DNA of 64,000 bases from Escherichia coli (lineage in GTDB: Bacteria; Pseudomonadota; Gammaproteobacteria; Enterobacterales; Enterobacteriaceae): the NCBI RefSeq assembly GCF_003790525.1, contig NZ_CP033635.1, one strand, 5' to 3'. Of the stretch, positions 37,901 to 49,892 are shown piece after piece; the first letter of the stretch is position 1, and each line of letters begins with the position of its first letter. A program made the position numbers and the translations under genes. The notes under the pieces were generated by a model that was not told where the DNA came from, ran no database searches, and was given only the letters and a program-made list of their open reading frames with translations.

Positions 37901-38271
37901 GACCATAACCTCAATGATTTATTTTTATACAAACTATGTTACGTGCTGTAACAGGAGCGCGAAGTGTAGGGTCTGAGGTACATCTTAGAAATCAGACCAG
38001 TGGCGAGAGTATAGGTCGGACCAGCTGGAATGTTGCAAGTATGTTTCTATCTTTTTTCAAATATGATCTAAGAAACGCGATCCAGCTGGCAAAATTTGGA
38101 GGTGGCGCACTCATGGATTCGGGTGAATTTTGTTTTAGATCATTTTTAAGTGTGATTTCGGTCACTTATCCGATTTTGCAGAATTAACAACTGGAGCAGC
38201 ACTTTCCGGAAGCGTAAAATATCCACAACGTTTATCTGGCACCTTGGGTGCACATACAGAGGAAATCAACG

Positions 38272-38556
38272 ATGAGTAAATGTAGTGCTGATGAAACCCC
38301 GGTTTGCTGCTGTATGGATGTTGGCACCATTATGGACAACTCCGACTGCACCGCGTCTTATAGCCGCGTGTTTGCAAACCGCGCAGAAGCAGAACAAACG
38401 CTGGCGGCGCTGACTGAAAAAGCCCGTAGCGTGGAATCCGAACCGTGCAAAATCACCCCGACTTTCACTGAAGAGTCTGACGGTGTGCGCCTGGATATCG
38501 ATTTCACTTTTGCCTGCGAAGCTGAAATGCTGATCTTCCAGCTGGGTCTGCGTTAA
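38272..38556 (+). CDS. yfcZ: UPF0381 family protein YfcZ
   Basis: The 94-aa ORF begins MSKCSADETPVCCCMDVGTIMDN, starting at an internal ATG. Confidence 0.9.
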   Translation: MSKCSADETPVCCCMDVGTIMDNSDCTASYSRVFANRAEAEQTLAALTEKARSVESEPCKITPTFTEESDGVRLDIDFTFACEAEMLIFQLGLR

Positions 38557-38736
38557 TTCCTCTCGGGTATATACGCCCCTGTCAGTTCCTGGCGGGGGCG
38601 TTTTATTTTCTCTTCTACTTTTCTCTCTGTGTCATAGCTCCCACTTTCCCTTTTCTCCACTTGGCTAAATGTAAAAAAATGGTTAAGACTATGATCAGGT
38701 CAGACCACTTTATTTATTATTTTACAGGGGAGTGTT

Positions 38737-40047
38737 ATGGGTCAGGTTTTACCGCTGGTTACCCGCCTGGGCGATCGTATCGCCATTGTTAGCGGTTTAC
38801 GTACGCCTTTTGCCCGCCAGGCGACGGCTTTTCATGGCATTCCCGCGGTTGATTTAGGGAAGATGGTGGTAGGCGAACTACTAGCACGCAGCGAAATTCC
38901 CGCCGAAGTGATTGAACAACTGGTCTTTGGTCAGGTCGTTCAGATGCCGGAAGCCCCCAACATTGCGCGTGAAATTGTTCTTGGCACCGGAATGAATGTC
39001 CATACCGATGCTTACAGCGTCAGCCGCGCTTGCGCTACCAGTTTCCAGGCGATTGCAAACGTCGCAGAAAGTCTGATGGCGGGAACTATTCGCGCGGGGA
39101 TTGCCGGTGGGGCCGATTCCTCTTCCGTATTGCCCATTGGCGTTAGCAAAAAACTGGCGCGCGTGCTGGTTGATGTCAACAAAGCCCGCACAATGAGCCA
39201 GCGCCTGAAACTTTTTTCTCGCTTACGTTTGCGTGACTTAATGCCCGTACCGCCTGCGGTAGCAGAATATTCTACCGGCTTGCGGATGGGGGACACCGCA
39301 GAGCAAATGGCGAAAACCTACGGCATCACCCGAGAACAGCAAGATGCATTAGCGCACCGTTCGCATCAGCGAGCCGCTCAGGCGTGGTCAGACGGTAAAC
39401 TCAAAGAAGAGGTGATGACTGCCTTTATCCCTCCTTATAAACAACCGCTTGCCGAAGACAACAATATTCGCGGTAATTCCACGCTTGCTGATTACGCAAA
39501 GCTGCGTCCGGCGTTTGATCGCAAACACGGGACGGTAACGGCAGCAAACAGTACACCGCTGACCGATGGCGCGGCAGCGGTGATCCTGATGACTGAATCG
39601 CGGGCGAAAGAATTAGGGCTGGTACCGCTGGGGTATCTGCGCAGTTACGCATTTACTGCGATAGATGTCTGGCAGGACATGTTGCTCGGTCCGGCCTGGT
39701 CAACGCCGCTGGCGCTGGAACGGGCCGGATTGACGATGAGCGATCTGACCTTGATCGATATGCACGAAGCCTTTGCAGCTCAGACACTGGCGAATATTCA
39801 GTTGCTGGGTAGCGAACGTTTTGCTCGTGATGTACTGGGGCGTGCACATGCCACTGGCGAAGTGGACGATAGCAAATTTAACGTGCTTGGCGGTTCGATT
39901 GCTTACGGGCATCCCTTCGCGGCGACCGGCGCGCGGATGATTACCCAGACATTGCATGAACTTCGCCGTCGCGGCGGTGGATTTGGTTTAGTGACCGCCT
40001 GTGCTGCGGGTGGGCTTGGCGCGGCAATGGTTGTGGAGGCGGAATAA
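38737..40047 (+). CDS. fadI: 3-ketoacyl-CoA thiolase (anaerobic beta-oxidation)
   Basis: The 436-aa ORF has a thiolase fold and the active-site context [12 protein letters not shown]. Confidence 0.95.
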   Translation: MGQVLPLVTRLGDRIAIVSGLRTPFARQATAFHGIPAVDLGKMVVGELLARSEIPAEVIEQLVFGQVVQMPEAPNIAREIVLGTGMNVHTDAYSVSRACATSFQAIANVAESLMAGTIRAGIAGGADSSSVLPIGVSKKLARVLVDVNKARTMSQRLKLFSRLRLRDLMPVPPAVAEYSTGLRMGDTAEQMAKTYGITREQQDALAHRSHQRAAQAWSDGKLKEEVMTAFIPPYKQPLAEDNNIRGNSTLADYAKLRPAFDRKHGTVTAANSTPLTDGAAAVILMTESRAKELGLVPLGYLRSYAFTAIDVWQDMLLGPAWSTPLALERAGLTMSDLTLIDMHEAFAAQTLANIQLLGSERFARDVLGRAHATGEVDDSKFNVLGGSIAYGHPFAATGARMITQTLHELRRRGGGFGLVTACAAGGLGAAMVVEAE

Positions 40048-42191
40048 TGGAAATGGCATCAGCGTTTACTCTTAATGTTCGTCTGGACAACATTGCTATC
40101 ATCACCATCGACGTACCGGGTGAGAAAATGAATACCCTGAAGGCGGAATTTGCCTCGCAGGTACGCGCCATTATTAAGCAACTCCGTGAAAACAAAGAGT
40201 TGCGTGGCGTGGTGTTTGTCTCCGCGAAACCAGACAACTTCATTGCTGGCGCAGACATCAACATGATCGGCAACTGCAAAACGGCGCAAGAAGCGGAAGT
40301 ACTGGCGCGGCAGGGGCAACAGTTAATGGCGGAGATTCATGCTTTGCCCGTTCCGGTTATCGCGGCTATTCATGGCGCTTGCCTGGGCGGTGGTCTGGAG
40401 TTGGCGCTGGCGTGCCACGGTCGCGTGTGTACTGATGATGCTAAAACGGTGCTCGGTTTGCCTGAAGTACAACTTGGATTATTACCCGGTTCAGGCGGCA
40501 CCCAGCGTTTACCGCGCCTGATAGGTGTCAGCACAGCATTGGAGATGATCCTCACTGGAAAACAACTTCGGGCGAAACAGGCATTAAAGCTGGGGCTGGT
40601 GGATGACGTCGTTCCGCAATCCATTTTACTGGAAGCCGCTGTTGAGCTGGCAAAGCAGGATCGTCCATCTTCACGCCCTCTACCTGTACGCGAGCGTATT
40701 CTGGCGGGGCCGTTAGGTCGTGCGCTGCTGTTCAAAATGGTCGGCAAGAAAACAGAACACAAAACTCAGGGTAACTATCCGGCGACAGAACGCATCCTGG
40801 AGGTTGTCGAAACGGGATTAGCGCAGGGCACCAGTAGCGGCTATGACGCTGAAGCACGGGCGTTTGGCGAACTGGCGATGACGCCGCAATCGCAGGCGCT
40901 GCGCAATATCTTTTTTGCCAGTACGGAAGTGAAGAAAGATTCCGGCAGTGATGCGCCGCCTGCGCCATTAAACAGCGTGGGGATTCTCGGTGGTGGCTTG
41001 ATGGGCGGCGGTATTGCTTATGTCACTGCTTGTAAAGCGGGGCTTTCGGTCAGAATTAAAGATATCAACCCGCAGGGCATAAATCATGCGCTGAAGTACA
41101 GTTGGGATCAGCTGGAGGGCAAAGTTCGCCGTCGTCATCTCAAAGCCAGCGAACGTGACAAACAGCTGGCTTTAATCTCCGGAACGACGGACTATTGCGG
41201 CTTTGCCCATCGCGATCTGATTATTGAAGCGGTGTTTGAAAATCTCGAATTAAAACAACAGATGGTGGCGGAAGTGGAGCAAAATTGCGCTACTCATACC
41301 ATCTTTGCTTCGAACACGTCATCTTTACCGATTGGCGATATCGCCGCTCACGCCGCGCGACCTGAGCAAGTTATTGGCCTGCATTTCTTCAGTCCGGTGG
41401 AAAAAATGCCGCTGGTGGAGATTATTCCTCATGCGAGTACATCGGCGCAAACCATCGCCACCACGGTAAAACTGGCGAAAAAACAGGGCAAAACGCCAAT
41501 TGTCGTGCGTGACAAAGCCGGGTTTTACGTCAATCGCATCTTAGCGCCTTACATCAATGAAGCTATCCGCATGTTGACCGAAGGCGAGCGTATTGAGCAT
41601 ATCGATGCCGCGCTGGTGAAATTTGGTTTTCCGGTAGGCCCAATCCAACTTTTGGATGAGGTAGGAATCGACACCGGGACTAAAATTATTCCTGTACTGG
41701 AAGCCGCTTATGGAGAACGTTTTAGCGCGCCTGCAAATGTTGTTTCTTCAATTTTGAACGACGATCGCAAAGGCAGAAAAAATGGTCGGGGTTTCTATCT
41801 TTATGGTCAGAAAGGGCGTAAAAGCAAAAAACAGGTCGATCCCGCCATTTACCCGCTCATTGGCGCACAAGGGCAGGGGCGACTCTCCGCACCGCAGGTT
41901 GCTGAACGGTGTGTGATGTTGATGCTGAATGAAGCAGTACGTTGTCTGGACGAGCAGGTTATCCGTAGCGTACGTGACGGGGATATTGGCGCGGTATTTG
42001 GCATTGGTTTTCCGCCATTTCTCGGTGGACCGTTCCGCTATATCGATTCTCTCGGCGCAGGCGAAGTGGTTGCAATAATGCAACGACTGGCCACGCAGTA
42101 TGGTTCCCGTTTTACCCCTTGCGAGCGTTTAGTCGAGATGAGCAAGCGTGGGGAAAGTTTTTGGAAAACAACTGCAACTGACCTGCAATAA
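40047..42191 (+). CDS. fadJ: multifunctional enoyl-CoA hydratase/3-hydroxyacyl-CoA dehydrogenase/epimerase
   Basis: The 714-aa ORF has crotonase and HCDH domains and is translationally coupled to fadI. Confidence 0.95.
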   Translation: MEMASAFTLNVRLDNIAIITIDVPGEKMNTLKAEFASQVRAIIKQLRENKELRGVVFVSAKPDNFIAGADINMIGNCKTAQEAEVLARQGQQLMAEIHALPVPVIAAIHGACLGGGLELALACHGRVCTDDAKTVLGLPEVQLGLLPGSGGTQRLPRLIGVSTALEMILTGKQLRAKQALKLGLVDDVVPQSILLEAAVELAKQDRPSSRPLPVRERILAGPLGRALLFKMVGKKTEHKTQGNYPATERILEVVETGLAQGTSSGYDAEARAFGELAMTPQSQALRNIFFASTEVKKDSGSDAPPAPLNSVGILGGGLMGGGIAYVTACKAGLSVRIKDINPQGINHALKYSWDQLEGKVRRRHLKASERDKQLALISGTTDYCGFAHRDLIIEAVFENLELKQQMVAEVEQNCATHTIFASNTSSLPIGDIAAHAARPEQVIGLHFFSPVEKMPLVEIIPHASTSAQTIATTVKLAKKQGKTPIVVRDKAGFYVNRILAPYINEAIRMLTEGERIEHIDAALVKFGFPVGPIQLLDEVGIDTGTKIIPVLEAAYGERFSAPANVVSSILNDDRKGRKNGRGFYLYGQKGRKSKKQVDPAIYPLIGAQGQGRLSAPQVAERCVMLMLNEAVRCLDEQVIRSVRDGDIGAVFGIGFPPFLGGPFRYIDSLGAGEVVAIMQRLATQYGSRFTPCERLVEMSKRGESFWKTTATDLQ

Positions 42192-42393
42192 GCAGGTCAA
42201 AGCTATATGAATCCGCGCTGAATGGCGGAGTGTTGCTCAAAATGTAAACGCATATTGACTATACTTACGCCATTGAGGTAAAAAACAGCGTTTCATTCGG
42301 TGAATGGATAAGGCACAATGCCGGCCACCGTTTTCTTTCTCTGGTTTCAGATGAAAGAAAACGGGCGAATCTGGTTAACAAAAGCGGTGCAAT

Positions 42394-42879
42394 ATGCAAG
42401 TTTTTATCATGCGTCACGGCGACGCAGCCCTCGATGCCGCCAGTGATTCGGTTCGTCCTCTGACTACTAACGGTTGTGACGAATCTCGCCTGATGGCGAA
42501 CTGGCTGAAAGGTCAAAAAGTGGAAATCGAACGCGTTCTGGTGAGCCCGTTCCTGCGAGCCGAGCAAACACTTGAAGAAGTAGGGGATTGTCTGAACCTG
42601 CCTTCCAGTGCAGAAGTTCTGCCGGAGTTAACACCCTGCGGCGATGTTGGTCTGGTCAGTGCCTATTTGCAGGCGTTGACCAATGAAGGTGTTGCTTCGG
42701 TACTGGTGATCTCCCACTTACCCTTAGTCGGGTATCTGGTTGCCGAGTTATGTCCGGGCGAAACGCCGCCTATGTTTACCACGTCAGCGATTGCCAGCGT
42801 AACGCTTGATGAAAGCGGAAAAGGCCAATTCAACTGGCAAATGAGCCCTTGTAATTTGAAGATGGCAAAAGCAATTTAA
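42394..42879 (+). CDS. sixA: phosphohistidine phosphatase SixA
   Basis: The 161-aa ORF begins MQVFIMRHGDAALDAASD, which contains the RHG motif. Confidence 0.95.
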   Translation: MQVFIMRHGDAALDAASDSVRPLTTNGCDESRLMANWLKGQKVEIERVLVSPFLRAEQTLEEVGDCLNLPSSAEVLPELTPCGDVGLVSAYLQALTNEGVASVLVISHLPLVGYLVAELCPGETPPMFTTSAIASVTLDESGKGQFNWQMSPCNLKMAKAI

Positions 42880-43446
42880 GCAATCAATGCCCGGTTGCGT
42901 GCGCGTACACCGGGCAGTTTCTCCGTCATACAATCATTCTTTTTCTTGTCTAAATGTTGTTAATATTTAACAACTCTCGATAGTTATTATATTTTCCCAT
43001 TATTGAATCCCGTAATAAAATAAAGAAGATAATGGTTTTGTGTCTTGAATATATATTTATTGATTTAATTAATATTAAATTTTAGCAATAAATGATGGTA
43101 AGGTCATTATAATTTTTTTTAGTGTGCTTTATAAGCAATTCATTTTTGTTGATTATAATAGTTTGTTTTTTTGTTGATAATTCGCATGTTTTTTTGTTGG
43201 AAAGTGGTGAAAGTATTTTGTAGATGTATTAATTAATAAAATCTACATAAAGTGTTTAAGTATTACTAAATTGAGTTTTTTTATAGATAAGACCAACATA
43301 CAGACACACCAGAGAATACTTGTTTACATTCTATGATTATATTGGAGTGTATATGTTCAATGGCTAACTATAAATATCGGGCATAATATATATTAATTTT
43401 ATGTCAGGTGTTTATATTATAACTCTTAATGATTTAAGGACAAATA

Positions 43447-44013
43447 ATGAGTAAGTTTGCCAAAACAGCCATTGCTGCGGCGATGGTCATGGGCGCAGTT
43501 GTTTCCAGTTCTGCATTTGCAGCAGGCAACAACGGTACCGCGCGCTTCTACGGCACCATTGAAGACTCCCCGTGCTCTATCGTTCCAGACGATCACAAAC
43601 TGGAAGTCGATATGGGTGACATCGGTGCGGCTAAACTGACCGGCGGTGGCACCACCACACCGAAAGATTTCCAGATCCGTTTACAGGACTGCGTGTTTTC
43701 CACTGAAACAAACATGGAGACCACGTTCACCGGTACTAACTACGCGGGGCCAGCCAACACAGATAACTATGCGTTATTCAACGTTGACAGCGGTGTTGCC
43801 ATGAAGAATGTGAGCCTGGTGATCGGCGATACCCATGGCAAAGGTTATAAAGTGGGCGAAAAGATTGTTCAGCCAATCGTGATGGATGCTTCAACCAGCA
43901 AAGGTAAAGACAAGCAAACGCTGAACTTTAAAGCCTGGCTGGTGGGTGAAACCGAAGCGCCGGATCTCGGCCAGTTCGAAACCCTGACCACATTCCAGAT
44001 TACCTATCTCTGA
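43447..44013 (+). CDS. yfcV: chaperone-usher fimbrial major subunit
   Basis: The 188-aa ORF has a signal peptide and the fimbrillin C-terminal strand TFQITYL. It is preceded by a 570-bp AT-rich region. Confidence 0.85.
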   Translation: MSKFAKTAIAAAMVMGAVVSSSAFAAGNNGTARFYGTIEDSPCSIVPDDHKLEVDMGDIGAAKLTGGGTTTPKDFQIRLQDCVFSTETNMETTFTGTNYAGPANTDNYALFNVDSGVAMKNVSLVIGDTHGKGYKVGEKIVQPIVMDASTSKGKDKQTLNFKAWLVGETEAPDLGQFETLTTFQITYL

Positions 44014-44020
44014 TGTGACA

Positions 44021-44049
44021 ACCCCACAGCGTTCTGCTGTGGGGTTTTT
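44021..44049 (+). terminator. intra-operon attenuator/terminator hairpin after the major subunit gene
   Basis: The hairpin ccccacagc-gttct-gctgtgggg is followed by ttttt. Confidence 0.75.
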
Positions 44050-44087
44050 CAACACGCAACAGATTTACGACTGTTTCACAAACGGAT

Positions 44088-46742
44088 ATGTGTATGCCTA
44101 ATCACTCAAATTTTCGGCTGCGGGGAATCGCCTGCTATATTGCGCTGGCAATCTCAGGTGGATCAGTCAATGCATGGGCTGATGATTCCATTCAATTTGA
44201 CCCCCGTTTCCTTGAGTTAAAGGGCGACACGAAAATTGATCTCGGTAAGTTTTCAAAAAAAGGGTATGTCGACGCGGGAAAATATAATTTACGTGTATTT
44301 ATAAATAAACAACCCCTTTCTGATGAATACGACATTAACTGGTATGTTTCTGAAAACGATCCAACAAAAACGTATGCCTGCCTGACACCTGAGTTAGTGG
44401 CGGCGCTGGGGCTGAAAGAAGGGATAGCAAAAAGCCTGCAGTGGACGCACAACGATGAATGCCTTAAACCGGGGCAATTAGATGGGATGGAAGTCGAGAA
44501 TGATTTAAGCCAGTCGGCGTTGCTGCTGACAGTGCCACAGGCTTATCTCGAATATACCAGCAGCGACTGGGACCCACCCTCACGCTGGGACGACGGTATT
44601 CCTGGCCTGATTGCCGACTACAGCCTCAATGCGCAAACCCGCCACCAGGAGCAGGGTGGCGAGGACTCACATGATATCAGCGGCAACGGTACCGTTGGGG
44701 CGAACCTGGGGGCATGGCGTTTCCGCGCAGACTGGCAAAGTGATTATCAGCACACCCGCAGCAACGATGACGACGATGACAGCAGTAACAGTACAACGAG
44801 CAAAAACTGGGACTGGAGCCGTTATTACGCCTGGCGGGCCTTACCCTCTTTAAAAGCGAAGCTGTCGCTGGGGGAAGATTATCTCAATTCCGATATTTTC
44901 GACGGCTTTAACTATATTGGCAGCAGCGTCAGCACCGATGACCAGATGCTGCCGCCCAACCTGCGCGGCTATGCGCCGGATGTCTCCGGCGTGGCGCACA
45001 GCAGTGCAAAAGTCACCATTAGCCAGATGGGCCGGGTACTTTACGAAACCCAGGTTCCCGCCGGGCCATTCCGCATTCAGGATATCGGCGACTCCGTCTC
45101 CGGCACACTGCACGTCCGCGTTGAAGAACAGAATGGTCAGGTGCAGGAATATGACGTTACGACCGCATCTATGCCATTCCTCACGCGCCAGGGGCAGGTG
45201 CGTTACAAAGTGATGATGGGGCGTCCGGAAGACTGGAACCACAAGACCGAAGGCGGCTTTTTCTCCGGCGGAGAAGCGTCATGGGGGGTGGCAGATGGCT
45301 GGTCGCTCTACGGTGGCGCGCTGGCAGATGAACACTACCAGTCGGCGGCGATGGGGGTGGGGCGCGACCTCGCACAGTTTGGCGCGCTGGCGTTCGATGT
45401 GACTCACTCGCACGTCAACCTGGATCATGACAGCGCATACGGCAAAGGAAAACTGGACGGCAACTCCTTTCGCGTGAGCTATGCCAAAGACTTTGACGAA
45501 CTCAACAGCCGCGTCACCTTTGCAGGCTACCGTTTTTCTGAAAAGAACTTCATGACCATGAGCGAGTATCTGGACGCGAACCAGTCGGACATGGCGCGGA
45601 CCGGTAACGACAAAGAGATGTATACGATCACCTATAACCAGAACTTTGCCGCTGCGGGTGTCTCGATCTATCTCAACTACTCCCATCGTACTTACTGGGA
45701 TCGCCCGGAACAGACAAACTATAACCTGATGTTTTCCCACTATTTTAATATGGGGAGCATTCGCAACGTGAGCATCTCGGTGACCGGCTATCGCTACGAA
45801 TATGACGATAACGCGGATAAGGGGATGTACCTCAGCATGAGCATTCCGTGGAGCGACAGCAGCACCGTGACCTACAACGGTTCCTACGGCAGCGGGTCGG
45901 ACAGCAGCCAGGTCGGTTACTTTAAGCGCGTTGATGACGCAACGCACTACCAGGTTAACGTCGGTACCAGCGAACAGCACGGCAGCGTGGATGGTTATCT
46001 GAGTCACGACGGCTCGCTGGCGAAGGTTGATCTCAGCGCCAACTACCATGAGGGGGAATACCGCTCGGCGGGGATCGCCTTACAGGGCGGGGCAACGCTG
46101 ACCGCGCATGGTGGGGCGCTGCATCGCACTCAAAGCATGGGCGGTACGCGCCTGCTGATTGACGCCGACGGGATTGCCAATGTGCCGGTCGAAAGCAACG
46201 GCGCGCCGGTGTACACCAATATGTTTGGCAAGGCGGTGGTCGCCGATATTAACAACTACTATCGCAATCAGGCGTATATCGATTTAAACAACCTGCCAGA
46301 AGATGCGGAAGCCACCCAGTCGGTGGTACAGGCAACCCTGACGGAAGGTGCAATTGGCTATCGCAAATTCAAAGTGATCAGCGGGCAAAAAGCGATGGCG
46401 GTACTGCGGTTGCGTGACGGCAGCTACCCGCCGTTTGGCGCGGAAGTGAAAAACGACGAGCAGCAGCAGGTTGGCATTGTGGATGATGAAGGCAATGTCT
46501 ATCTGGCGGGAGTCAATGCGGGTGAGCATATGACGGTGTTCTGGGAAGGCAGCGCACAATGCGAGATCGTATTGCCGAAGCCGCTACCTGCCGATCTGTT
46601 CAGCGGCCTGTTGTTGCCGTGTGAACAAAAGGGAACGGCAGCCCCTGATTCTTCAGCGCCAGAAATTAAGCCTGTTATTCAGGACCAGACGCGGCAAGTC
46701 ACACCAACGGAAGCGCCGACGTCAATTTCAGCTACTCAATAA
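44088..46742 (+). CDS. yfcU: fimbrial outer-membrane usher (apparently intact)
   Basis: The 884-aa ORF is uninterrupted and matches the usher family in size and position. Confidence 0.85.
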   Translation: MCMPNHSNFRLRGIACYIALAISGGSVNAWADDSIQFDPRFLELKGDTKIDLGKFSKKGYVDAGKYNLRVFINKQPLSDEYDINWYVSENDPTKTYACLTPELVAALGLKEGIAKSLQWTHNDECLKPGQLDGMEVENDLSQSALLLTVPQAYLEYTSSDWDPPSRWDDGIPGLIADYSLNAQTRHQEQGGEDSHDISGNGTVGANLGAWRFRADWQSDYQHTRSNDDDDDSSNSTTSKNWDWSRYYAWRALPSLKAKLSLGEDYLNSDIFDGFNYIGSSVSTDDQMLPPNLRGYAPDVSGVAHSSAKVTISQMGRVLYETQVPAGPFRIQDIGDSVSGTLHVRVEEQNGQVQEYDVTTASMPFLTRQGQVRYKVMMGRPEDWNHKTEGGFFSGGEASWGVADGWSLYGGALADEHYQSAAMGVGRDLAQFGALAFDVTHSHVNLDHDSAYGKGKLDGNSFRVSYAKDFDELNSRVTFAGYRFSEKNFMTMSEYLDANQSDMARTGNDKEMYTITYNQNFAAAGVSIYLNYSHRTYWDRPEQTNYNLMFSHYFNMGSIRNVSISVTGYRYEYDDNADKGMYLSMSIPWSDSSTVTYNGSYGSGSDSSQVGYFKRVDDATHYQVNVGTSEQHGSVDGYLSHDGSLAKVDLSANYHEGEYRSAGIALQGGATLTAHGGALHRTQSMGGTRLLIDADGIANVPVESNGAPVYTNMFGKAVVADINNYYRNQAYIDLNNLPEDAEATQSVVQATLTEGAIGYRKFKVISGQKAMAVLRLRDGSYPPFGAEVKNDEQQQVGIVDDEGNVYLAGVNAGEHMTVFWEGSAQCEIVLPKPLPADLFSGLLLPCEQKGTAAPDSSAPEIKPVIQDQTRQVTPTEAPTSISATQ

Positions 46743-46761
46743 TCTGATTAAGGAACGATCA

Positions 46762-47514
46762 ATGTCTTATAAATTATCCAGTTCAATGGTCGTCAGCACG
46801 GCGCTGGCGGCACTGCTTTCCACCGTCAGCCTGGCGGCGCACGCCTCGGTCACCCCGGACCGCACCCGTCTGGTGTTTAACGAAAGCGATAAATCGATCA
46901 GCGTGACGTTGCGTAACAACAACGAAAAGCTGCCTTACCTGGCGCAAAGCTGGCTGGAAGACGAGAAGGGCAACAAAATCACCTCGCCGCTGGCGGTACT
47001 GCCGCCGGTGCAGCGTATTGACGCCATGATGAACGGCCAGGTGAAGATTCAGGCGCTGCCGGACATTCACACGCTGCCATCTGACCGTGAAAGCCTGTTC
47101 TACTACAACGTGCGTGAGATCCCGCCAAAGACCGGGAAAGCCAACACCCTGCAAATTGCCCTGCAAACGCGCATCAAGCTGTTCTGGCGACCAAAGGCGC
47201 TGGAGAAGATTGACATGAGAAAACCGTGGCAGTTTAAGGTGACGCTCACGCGCAGCGGCCAGGACTATACCGTCAATAACCCGACGCCATACCACGTCAT
47301 CATCAGCGATGCCAGCACACAGAAGAAAGGGCCGACCGCAGCCGGGTTTAAACCGCTGGTGATGTCGCCGAAAACGTCACAGCCGTTAAAGGCAAAAATG
47401 GACAGCGCCCCGGTGCTGACCTACATCAACGACTACGGCGCGCGCCTGCCGCTGATCTTCCGCTGTGAAGGGGACACCTGCAAGGTGGATGAAGATCAAA
47501 GCAGCAAAGGCTGA
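46762..47514 (+). CDS. yfcS: periplasmic fimbrial chaperone (PapD-like)
   Basis: The start at MSYKLSSSMVV has an AAGGAA RBS. The ORF contains the motifs RLVFNESDKSISVTLRN and LFYYNVREIPP. Confidence 0.85.
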   Translation: MSYKLSSSMVVSTALAALLSTVSLAAHASVTPDRTRLVFNESDKSISVTLRNNNEKLPYLAQSWLEDEKGNKITSPLAVLPPVQRIDAMMNGQVKIQALPDIHTLPSDRESLFYYNVREIPPKTGKANTLQIALQTRIKLFWRPKALEKIDMRKPWQFKVTLTRSGQDYTVNNPTPYHVIISDASTQKKGPTAAGFKPLVMSPKTSQPLKAKMDSAPVLTYINDYGARLPLIFRCEGDTCKVDEDQSSKG

Positions 47515-47530
47515 TAACGGGAGAGCCAGG

Positions 47531-48022
47531 ATGAAAGGATCGTGGGCGTGGTTGCTGGTGGGCTGCATCGGTAGTTGCTCCGTGACGGCAGGGAGCAAAT
47601 CGGTGGATATGATTTTACGGGTGCTTGTTGATGCTCCGCCTCCTTGTACGGTAACGGGCGCGGAGGTGGAGTTCGGTAATGTTGTCATTACCAGAATTGG
47701 TGGCGTGAATTATAAGCGCCCCATTGATTACAAGCTTGTCTGTAACAACCTGGCCATGGATGACCTGCGTCTACAGATGCAGGCGGCAACGGTCGTGATT
47801 AACGGTGAAACGGTGATCAGCACGGGGATTCCTGGGTTTGGTATTCGGATTCAGAAGGCCAGCGATAGTTCGATACTCGACTTAACGTCTGGCGCATGGC
47901 TGCCGTTTAATTTCTCCTCGGGCGCACCAGCGCTGGAAGCGGTTCCGGTGAAACAGAGCGGCACGTCGTTAACGGCGGCGGAATTTAGCGCCAGCGCCAC
48001 CATTGTGGTGGATTACCAATGA
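47531..48022 (+). CDS. yfcR: fimbrial minor subunit
   Basis: The 163-aa ORF starts at an internal ATG, has a signal peptide, and has the C-terminal strand ATIVVDYQ. Confidence 0.75.
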   Translation: MKGSWAWLLVGCIGSCSVTAGSKSVDMILRVLVDAPPPCTVTGAEVEFGNVVITRIGGVNYKRPIDYKLVCNNLAMDDLRLQMQAATVVINGETVISTGIPGFGIRIQKASDSSILDLTSGAWLPFNFSSGAPALEAVPVKQSGTSLTAAEFSASATIVVDYQ

Positions 48023-48489
48023 AACGGATCTCACTTCTTATGCTGTGGGGCTTTTGCTCCATGGCGCTCTCAAATGTCACTTTTCACGGTTATTTAGTGC
48101 AGCCGCCTAACTGCACCATTAGCGACGGTGAAACCATTGAATTAACCTTTCAGGACGTGAATATCGACGACATTAACGGCAGTAATTATGAGCAAATCGT
48201 GCCGTATCGCATTACTTGCGATACACCGGTTCGTGACCCTTTACTGGAAATGACCTTGAGCTGGAGCGGCACGCAGAGCGACTTTGACGATGCGGCGGTA
48301 AGCACGGACATCGCAGGCCTGGGGATTCGGCTTAAACAGGCAGGGCAGAGCTTTAAGCTGAATACGCCACTGGTGGTGGATGAAACGGCTTTGCCGGCGT
48401 TAACGGCGGTACCGGTCAAAAAGAGCGGCGTCGATTTGCCTGAGGCCAACTTTGAAGCCTGGGCTACGTTACAGGTGGATTACCAATGA
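48019..48489 (+). CDS. yfcQ: fimbrial minor subunit
   Basis: The 156-aa ORF has the C-terminus ATLQVDYQ and overlaps the upstream stop. Confidence 0.75.
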   Translation: MKRISLLMLWGFCSMALSNVTFHGYLVQPPNCTISDGETIELTFQDVNIDDINGSNYEQIVPYRITCDTPVRDPLLEMTLSWSGTQSDFDDAAVSTDIAGLGIRLKQAGQSFKLNTPLVVDETALPALTAVPVKKSGVDLPEANFEAWATLQVDYQ

Positions 48490-49010
48490 CGAAAAAACAT
48501 GCGTTGGTTTTTATCAGCAGTCTGCTGTTACTGTGCAGCAGTACTGCTCCGGCGGTCGACAACCTGCACTTCACCGGCAATCTGCTCGGTAAATCCTGTA
48601 CACCGGTGATCAACGGTAGTCTGCTGGCGGAGGTGCAATTTCCTACCATTGCCGCCAGCGATTTAATGCATCTTGGGCAGTCAGATCGAGTGCCGCTGGT
48701 CTTTCAGTTGAAGGATTGCAAAAGCTCTACGCTGTTTAGCGTCAGAGTGACGCTGGCGGGAACGGAAGACAGCGAACTGCCCGGATTTCTGGCTATAGAC
48801 GCCTCATCGTCAGCGTCCGGGGTCGGGATTGGTATTGAAACGGCGGCGGGCGCAGCGGTGCCTATCAACGACACGACGGGCGTGACGTTCCCGCTGAATC
48901 AGGGCAGTAACACTCTCAACTTCAATGCCTGGTTACAGACAAAAAGTGGGCGGGATGTGACGCCCGGTGATTTCAGCGCCACGGCGACGGCAACCTTTGA
49001 GTATTTTTAA
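48486..49010 (+). CDS. yfcP: fimbrial minor subunit
   Basis: The 174-aa ORF has a signal peptide and the C-terminus ATATFEYF. Confidence 0.75.
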   Translation: MTKKHALVFISSLLLLCSSTAPAVDNLHFTGNLLGKSCTPVINGSLLAEVQFPTIAASDLMHLGQSDRVPLVFQLKDCKSSTLFSVRVTLAGTEDSELPGFLAIDASSSASGVGIGIETAAGAAVPINDTTGVTFPLNQGSNTLNFNAWLQTKSGRDVTPGDFSATATATFEYF

Positions 49011-49011
49011 G

Positions 49012-49851
49012 ATGAAAAAATGGATGATGTTTTTCGCGAGCCTGATATTGCTCGTAATGAGTGTAGGTACGCCAAAGAGTTATGCCAGGGATAAACTCAC
49101 CAGCGCAACTTTTGATAGTGTGAAAATTTACTATGGGATGGGGAGAGCAGGTTTCACCACAGGAGCCTTACATGTCACTGTGTTAACCCCAGGCGAGGTT
49201 GCCTATGGGGTATACAATACTACCGGGTATATAGGCACTGACGCGAGGGTCGTTTCATGGACGGGGTCTGGCCCTGCGCCAACGTTGACTCTTGTTGACT
49301 ATAGTAGCACTGATAACTCGTTTTGCCCTGGGATAAATACGACGCTGTTTCGATGCGCATATGAGACATTTAAAGTTACCGTTCAATCTGACAATTATGG
49401 CTGTCCGTGGATCGCCTCTTTTTATGAGGTATCAGATCAACATGCATATGGAATATATACTGGCCCAACGGATCATGCTACGGCATGCCCAACGATTCCG
49501 GTGACTTCATTTGATATTTCGTGGAATGAGAATTATGTCAGCCATAGTAAAGCGTTGCAGTTACAGTCCAATGGCTCGACCATCACCACCACGCTTTCGA
49601 CCTACCTGATGCAAGACGGCAAACTCTGTGATGGCAGCGTTTTTGATAACAGAGGAGCATACTGCCGCGTGGTCTCGGAACTGTTAACCTTTACCTCTTA
49701 CGGTTGCGATAAATCGACAGTAACGGTTTCCCCTACACGTCATCCAGTAACGGATAAACAACTGCACGATATTGTGGTGAAGGTGAATACCAGTAGCCGA
49801 CAACCGATTGATTCTACGTGTCGTTTTCAGTATGTATTGAATGAATTGTAG
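49012..49851 (+). CDS. yfcO: fimbrial tip protein / putative adhesin
   Basis: The 279-aa ORF starts at MKKWMMFFASLILL, is Cys-rich, and is the last gene of the operon. Confidence 0.7.
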   Translation: MKKWMMFFASLILLVMSVGTPKSYARDKLTSATFDSVKIYYGMGRAGFTTGALHVTVLTPGEVAYGVYNTTGYIGTDARVVSWTGSGPAPTLTLVDYSSTDNSFCPGINTTLFRCAYETFKVTVQSDNYGCPWIASFYEVSDQHAYGIYTGPTDHATACPTIPVTSFDISWNENYVSHSKALQLQSNGSTITTTLSTYLMQDGKLCDGSVFDNRGAYCRVVSELLTFTSYGCDKSTVTVSPTRHPVTDKQLHDIVVKVNTSSRQPIDSTCRFQYVLNEL

Positions 49852-49861
49852 TGACTCTGGT

Positions 49862-49888
49862 ACGGATGGTCGGGTATCGGCCATCCGT
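49862..49888. terminator. hairpin between convergent yfcO and the HNH gene
   Basis: The hairpin is acggatgg-tcgggtatcgg-ccatccgt. Confidence 0.45.
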
Positions 49889-49892
49889 TATG

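Noticed and set aside
42880-43446. The 570-bp AT-rich region upstream of yfcV as a fim-like invertible switch
   Set aside because: I found no flanking inverted repeats and no adjacent recombinase. It more likely reflects H-NS-silenced promoter DNA, typical of cryptic chaperone-usher operons.
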